64,000 nt of DNA from assembly GCA_963749495.1 (NCBI GenBank), contig CAVVMW010000023.1, positions 288,001-352,000 of the forward strand, in the 5' to 3' direction. Shown piece by piece: positions 61,188-64,000 of this stretch. The notes beneath the pieces were generated by a model that saw nothing but the letters and a program-made list of their open reading frames with translations, was not told where the DNA came from and did not search any database. Source of the stretch: an uncultured bacterium (lineage in GTDB: Bacteria; Verrucomicrobiota; Verrucomicrobiia; Limisphaerales; UBA8199). The stretch's first letter is position 1, and every line of letters starts with the position of its first letter. A program made the position numbers and the translations under genes.

Positions 61188-63380
61188 ATGAAGCGGCCCC
61201 AATCCAGTCTGCTGCTGGCCGTGGTGATGGCGTGGGCGTTGGCGGCGCCAGCGGGGGCGCAAGTGCGGCTGCCGAAGGTCTTCGGCAGCCACATGGTGGT
61301 GCAGCAGGAAAAGCCGGTCGTGATCTGGGGCTGGGCCCAGCCCGGCGAGACCCTCACGATCCAGTTTGGCCCGGAGAGCCGCCAGACCCAGGCCAACGCG
61401 CGCGGCGAGTGGCGGGCGGTCCTGTCTTCGAGGAGGGCCGGCGGCCCCTTCACGCTCAGTGTGCGCGGGTCCAGCACGGTGGAATTGGAGGACGTGATGG
61501 TGGGCGAGGTGTGGCTGGCCTCCGGGCAATCGAACATGGAGATGGGCATTGGGGCGTGTCTCAACGCCAGCGAGGAAATCGCCGCCGCCAACTACGCCGG
61601 CATCCGCCTGTTGAAAGTGGGCAAGCGCTGGACGCAGGAGCCGCAAACCGACATCGAGGGCGCCTGGAAGGTCTGCTCGCCCAAGACGGTGTCCGAGGGC
61701 GGCTGGAACGGTTTTTCTGCGGCGGCCTATTACTTTGGGCGGGAACTGCACCGCAAGCTGGGCGTGGCGGTCGGGCTCGATCAATGCTTCCTGGGGCGGC
61801 ACCTGCATCCAGACCTGGACCCCGCCGGAGGGCTTTGCCGAGGTCCGGCCTTGAAAGGCGAGTTCGAGCGGGTCCAACTGGGCGACCCGCGCACCGTCCT
61901 GCACCAGCGGCGCCTGGAGCAGGTCCTGGAGGCGACGCAACGCTGGCTGGAGGCGGCGCGCAAGGCCCAGGCGCAGCGGGCGCTGGTCCCGGCGATGCCA
62001 ACCTACCCGGCCGAGTTGCTCCCGCCGGCCGACGTGCAGAACGCCACCGCCCTGTTCAACGGGATGATCGCCCCCCTCTGCCCCTTTGCGCTGCGCGGCG
62101 CCATCTGGTACCAGGGCGAGTCCAACAGCGGCGAAGGCAAGCTCTACACCGAGCGCATGAAGGCCCTGGTCGGCGGCTGGCGCCGCATCTGGGGCCAAGG
62201 CGATTTCCCCTTCGGCTTCGTCCAGATCGCCCCGTACAACTACGGCGGCAACCCGGAGGTCATCGGCGAATTCTGGGAGGCCCAGGCCGCCGCCCAGGCC
62301 ATCCCCAAGACGGGCATGGCGGTCATCAACGACATCGCCAACCTCAAGGACATCCACCCCGCCAATAAACAGGAGGTCGGCCGCCGCCTCGCCCTGTGGG
62401 CCCTCGCCACCACCTATGGCCAGCCCGACCTCGATTGGTCCGGCCCGACCTTCAAGTCCATGACCGTCGAGGACGACCACATCCGCATCAGCTTCAATAA
62501 TGCCGGCGGCGGCCTGGCCAGCCGCGATGGCAAGCCGTTGACCTGGTTCGAGATCATCGATGCCGACAAAGGCGGATTCGTCCAGGCCGACGCCCGCATT
62601 GACGGCCCCAGCGTGGTCCTCTCCTCGGCCGAGGTGAAGCGCCCGGTGGCGATGCGGTTTGCCTGGAGCATGCTCGCGGAGCCCAACCTGATGAATGCCC
62701 AGGGCCTGCCCGCCGGCGCCTTCCGCGCCGGGACCGTGCCCCATCGCGACCTCCTGGCCCTCAAGGTCCCCGAGGCCAAACAATACCAGTTGGTGTACGA
62801 CCTCGACCTGGCCAAGCTCGGCCGGGACATCACCTATGAGGTGGACAATCACGCCAAGCTCGACAAGCCCTTCGACCGCATCGCCTATTTCCTGGAACTG
62901 CAGGCCAAGGACGGCAACACGCACTACCTCTACGTCTCGATGGAGGCCTTCACCCAAGACCTGGCCAAGATTGGCGTGCCGACCCTCCGCTGCGGCTCGC
63001 GCTTCCAGCAAAATGTGGCCGCCATGGATGTCTATTCCAACGTCCGGGGCATCGTCTCCGGCACCAACCTCTCCGGAGGCAACATCGAGTTCTGGCCCAA
63101 CAACTACGGACCCCAAAACGCCGCCAATGTCCCCAATGCCTCTTCCCAGGCCTTCGATTTCGGCGACGAGATTGCCGAGCCTGCCGACGGCTACGGCTCG
63201 ATGCAGGTACACAACCACGATGCCCGCCAGACGCTCTTCGCCTTGAATCACTGGAGCGAGGGGCGCCGCGCCGACCTGGGCATCGGCAACCAGCCCGGCG
63301 GCAACCCCGATTGGACCTTTGCCCGCAACGCCGAGACCTATCCCGCCAAGCGCCTCCGTGTCCTGGTGCGCTGCCGCTAG
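61188..63380 (+). CDS. Sialate O-acetylesterase (SGNH) with extra C-terminal domain
   Basis: Signal peptide, GEVWLASGQSNME, FSAAAYYFGREL, IWYQGESN and DIHPANKQEVGRRL. Two compensating indels at about 61780 and 61845 scramble the SWGGT motif. Confidence 0.9.
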   Translation: MKRPQSSLLLAVVMAWALAAPAGAQVRLPKVFGSHMVVQQEKPVVIWGWAQPGETLTIQFGPESRQTQANARGEWRAVLSSRRAGGPFTLSVRGSSTVELEDVMVGEVWLASGQSNMEMGIGACLNASEEIAAANYAGIRLLKVGKRWTQEPQTDIEGAWKVCSPKTVSEGGWNGFSAAAYYFGRELHRKLGVAVGLDQCFLGRHLHPDLDPAGGLCRGPALKGEFERVQLGDPRTVLHQRRLEQVLEATQRWLEAARKAQAQRALVPAMPTYPAELLPPADVQNATALFNGMIAPLCPFALRGAIWYQGESNSGEGKLYTERMKALVGGWRRIWGQGDFPFGFVQIAPYNYGGNPEVIGEFWEAQAAAQAIPKTGMAVINDIANLKDIHPANKQEVGRRLALWALATTYGQPDLDWSGPTFKSMTVEDDHIRISFNNAGGGLASRDGKPLTWFEIIDADKGGFVQADARIDGPSVVLSSAEVKRPVAMRFAWSMLAEPNLMNAQGLPAGAFRAGTVPHRDLLALKVPEAKQYQLVYDLDLAKLGRDITYEVDNHAKLDKPFDRIAYFLELQAKDGNTHYLYVSMEAFTQDLAKIGVPTLRCGSRFQQNVAAMDVYSNVRGIVSGTNLSGGNIEFWPNNYGPQNAANVPNASSQAFDFGDEIAEPADGYGSMQVHNHDARQTLFALNHWSEGRRADLGIGNQPGGNPDWTFARNAETYPAKRLRVLVRCR

Positions 63381-63483
63381 AGCGGGAGCGCGGGGAACTG
63401 GTCGGTGACGGTGGAGACAGACTGCGGGCCAGACCCCTCACCCCGGCCCTCTCGGTCCACGGTCCGGGGCGTGGGAGTCATCG

Positions 63484-63679
63484 CGCGTCGCGTAGCGACG
63501 CAGTGAAGGTAGCCGTGGACCTCGGTCCACGGTTCAGGGCGGCGGAATGGTCACGCGTCGCGTAGCGACGCCTGACAGCCTCGCGGTTTTCAGGCGTCGC
63601 TACGCGACGCGGTCGAGCTGGGGCCATGGGTCCGTGGACTGGAAGTCCACGGCTACCATCGGGCACCGCTACGCGGTGA
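63484..63679. repeat. REP-like element family A (inverted copy), lying between halves of a family C unit
   Basis: Reverse-complement counterpart of 979-1182. Flanked by gacccctcaccccggccctctc (about 63433) and a ctctcctcttccgaaagggaaaggg...ccactgagg remnant (about 63703-63775). Confidence 0.85.
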
Positions 63680-63831
63680 GCCGGGGCTACGGAGAATTCC
63701 GCCTCTCCTCTTCCGAAAGGGAAAGGGGCGGGGTGGGGGCTCTGCCCCCGTGACGCCCCCGCCTCCACTGAGGTATGACTCCCTTTAGTCCCTTGCCTTT
63801 GCTTTGCCTCCCGGAAGCGGTATAGTCGCCC

Positions 63832-64000
63832 GTGACCCTGAAGACTTTCAGGATTTCAGAGACTATCGCCAGGTTCCAGGGCCGCGACCTGGACGCGCAC
63901 TACCTGGCCTTTTTCGAGTGCTTTAACCAGCAGCTCTTCTTCGAGGCCCACGAGGTGCTCGAACCGCTCTGGCTGGAGCGCCGGCACGGGCCGGCCGGAC
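63832..64000 (+). CDS. DUF309-family protein (runs off the window)
   Basis: GTG start, then YLAFFECFNQQLFFEAHEVLEPLW motif. Confidence 0.85.
   Translation, partial: MTLKTFRISETIARFQGRDLDAHYLAFFECFNQQLFFEAHEVLEPLWLERRHGPAG

Noticed and set aside
4715..63380. Many frameshifted genes as mass pseudogenisation or programmed frameshifting
   Set aside because: The indels are single-base, scattered through unrelated genes, lack slippery motifs and are not accompanied by nonsense decay. Sequencing error is more likely, although reads are needed to confirm.

Overview
High-GC bacterial chromosomal window. The gene content (prepilin/H-X9-DG protein, multihaem-TPR protein, secreted proteins ending in an RFYR-type domain, dense palindromic repeats) suggests Verrucomicrobiota; this is an inference. 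I found no rRNA, tRNA or CRISPR array. More than ten otherwise normal genes carry 1-nt frameshifts, most simply explained as uncorrected long-read indels, so fusion and pseudogene calls need read-level checks. Housekeeping and metabolic genes include a pseudouridine synthase, a sulfotransferase, hisD, a UbiA-family gene, a CoaB-like gene, a NupG-like MFS transporter, a flippase, a GT4, LysR, a larE-like gene and a sialate O-acetylesterase. Accessory highlights: (1) a defence islet at about 9.6-15.4 kb with an N6-adenine methyltransferase carrying a Cys-rich insert, a 161-aa PD-(D/E)xK-like nuclease, a broken toxin-antitoxin pair and an hsdM fragment; (2) a cluster at 44-49 kb with a PstS-like binding protein and an apparent AraC regulator fused in frame to a POTRA/TpsB outer-membrane barrel, preceded by Pho-box-like 11-bp repeats; (3) an ISAs1 element with a DUF4338/DruA-like domain and a 10-bp target duplication, nested in a decayed Y1 transposase gene; (4) an ISKra4-like element with a 9-bp target duplication and an A9 -1 frameshift site; (5) an internally deleted group II intron beside a REP hairpin; (6) several REP/MITE families, one copy still holding both ends of an IS200-type tnpA; (7) a shared C-terminal domain on four unrelated secreted proteins; (8) a class-III aminotransferase fused to a GNAT-like domain.
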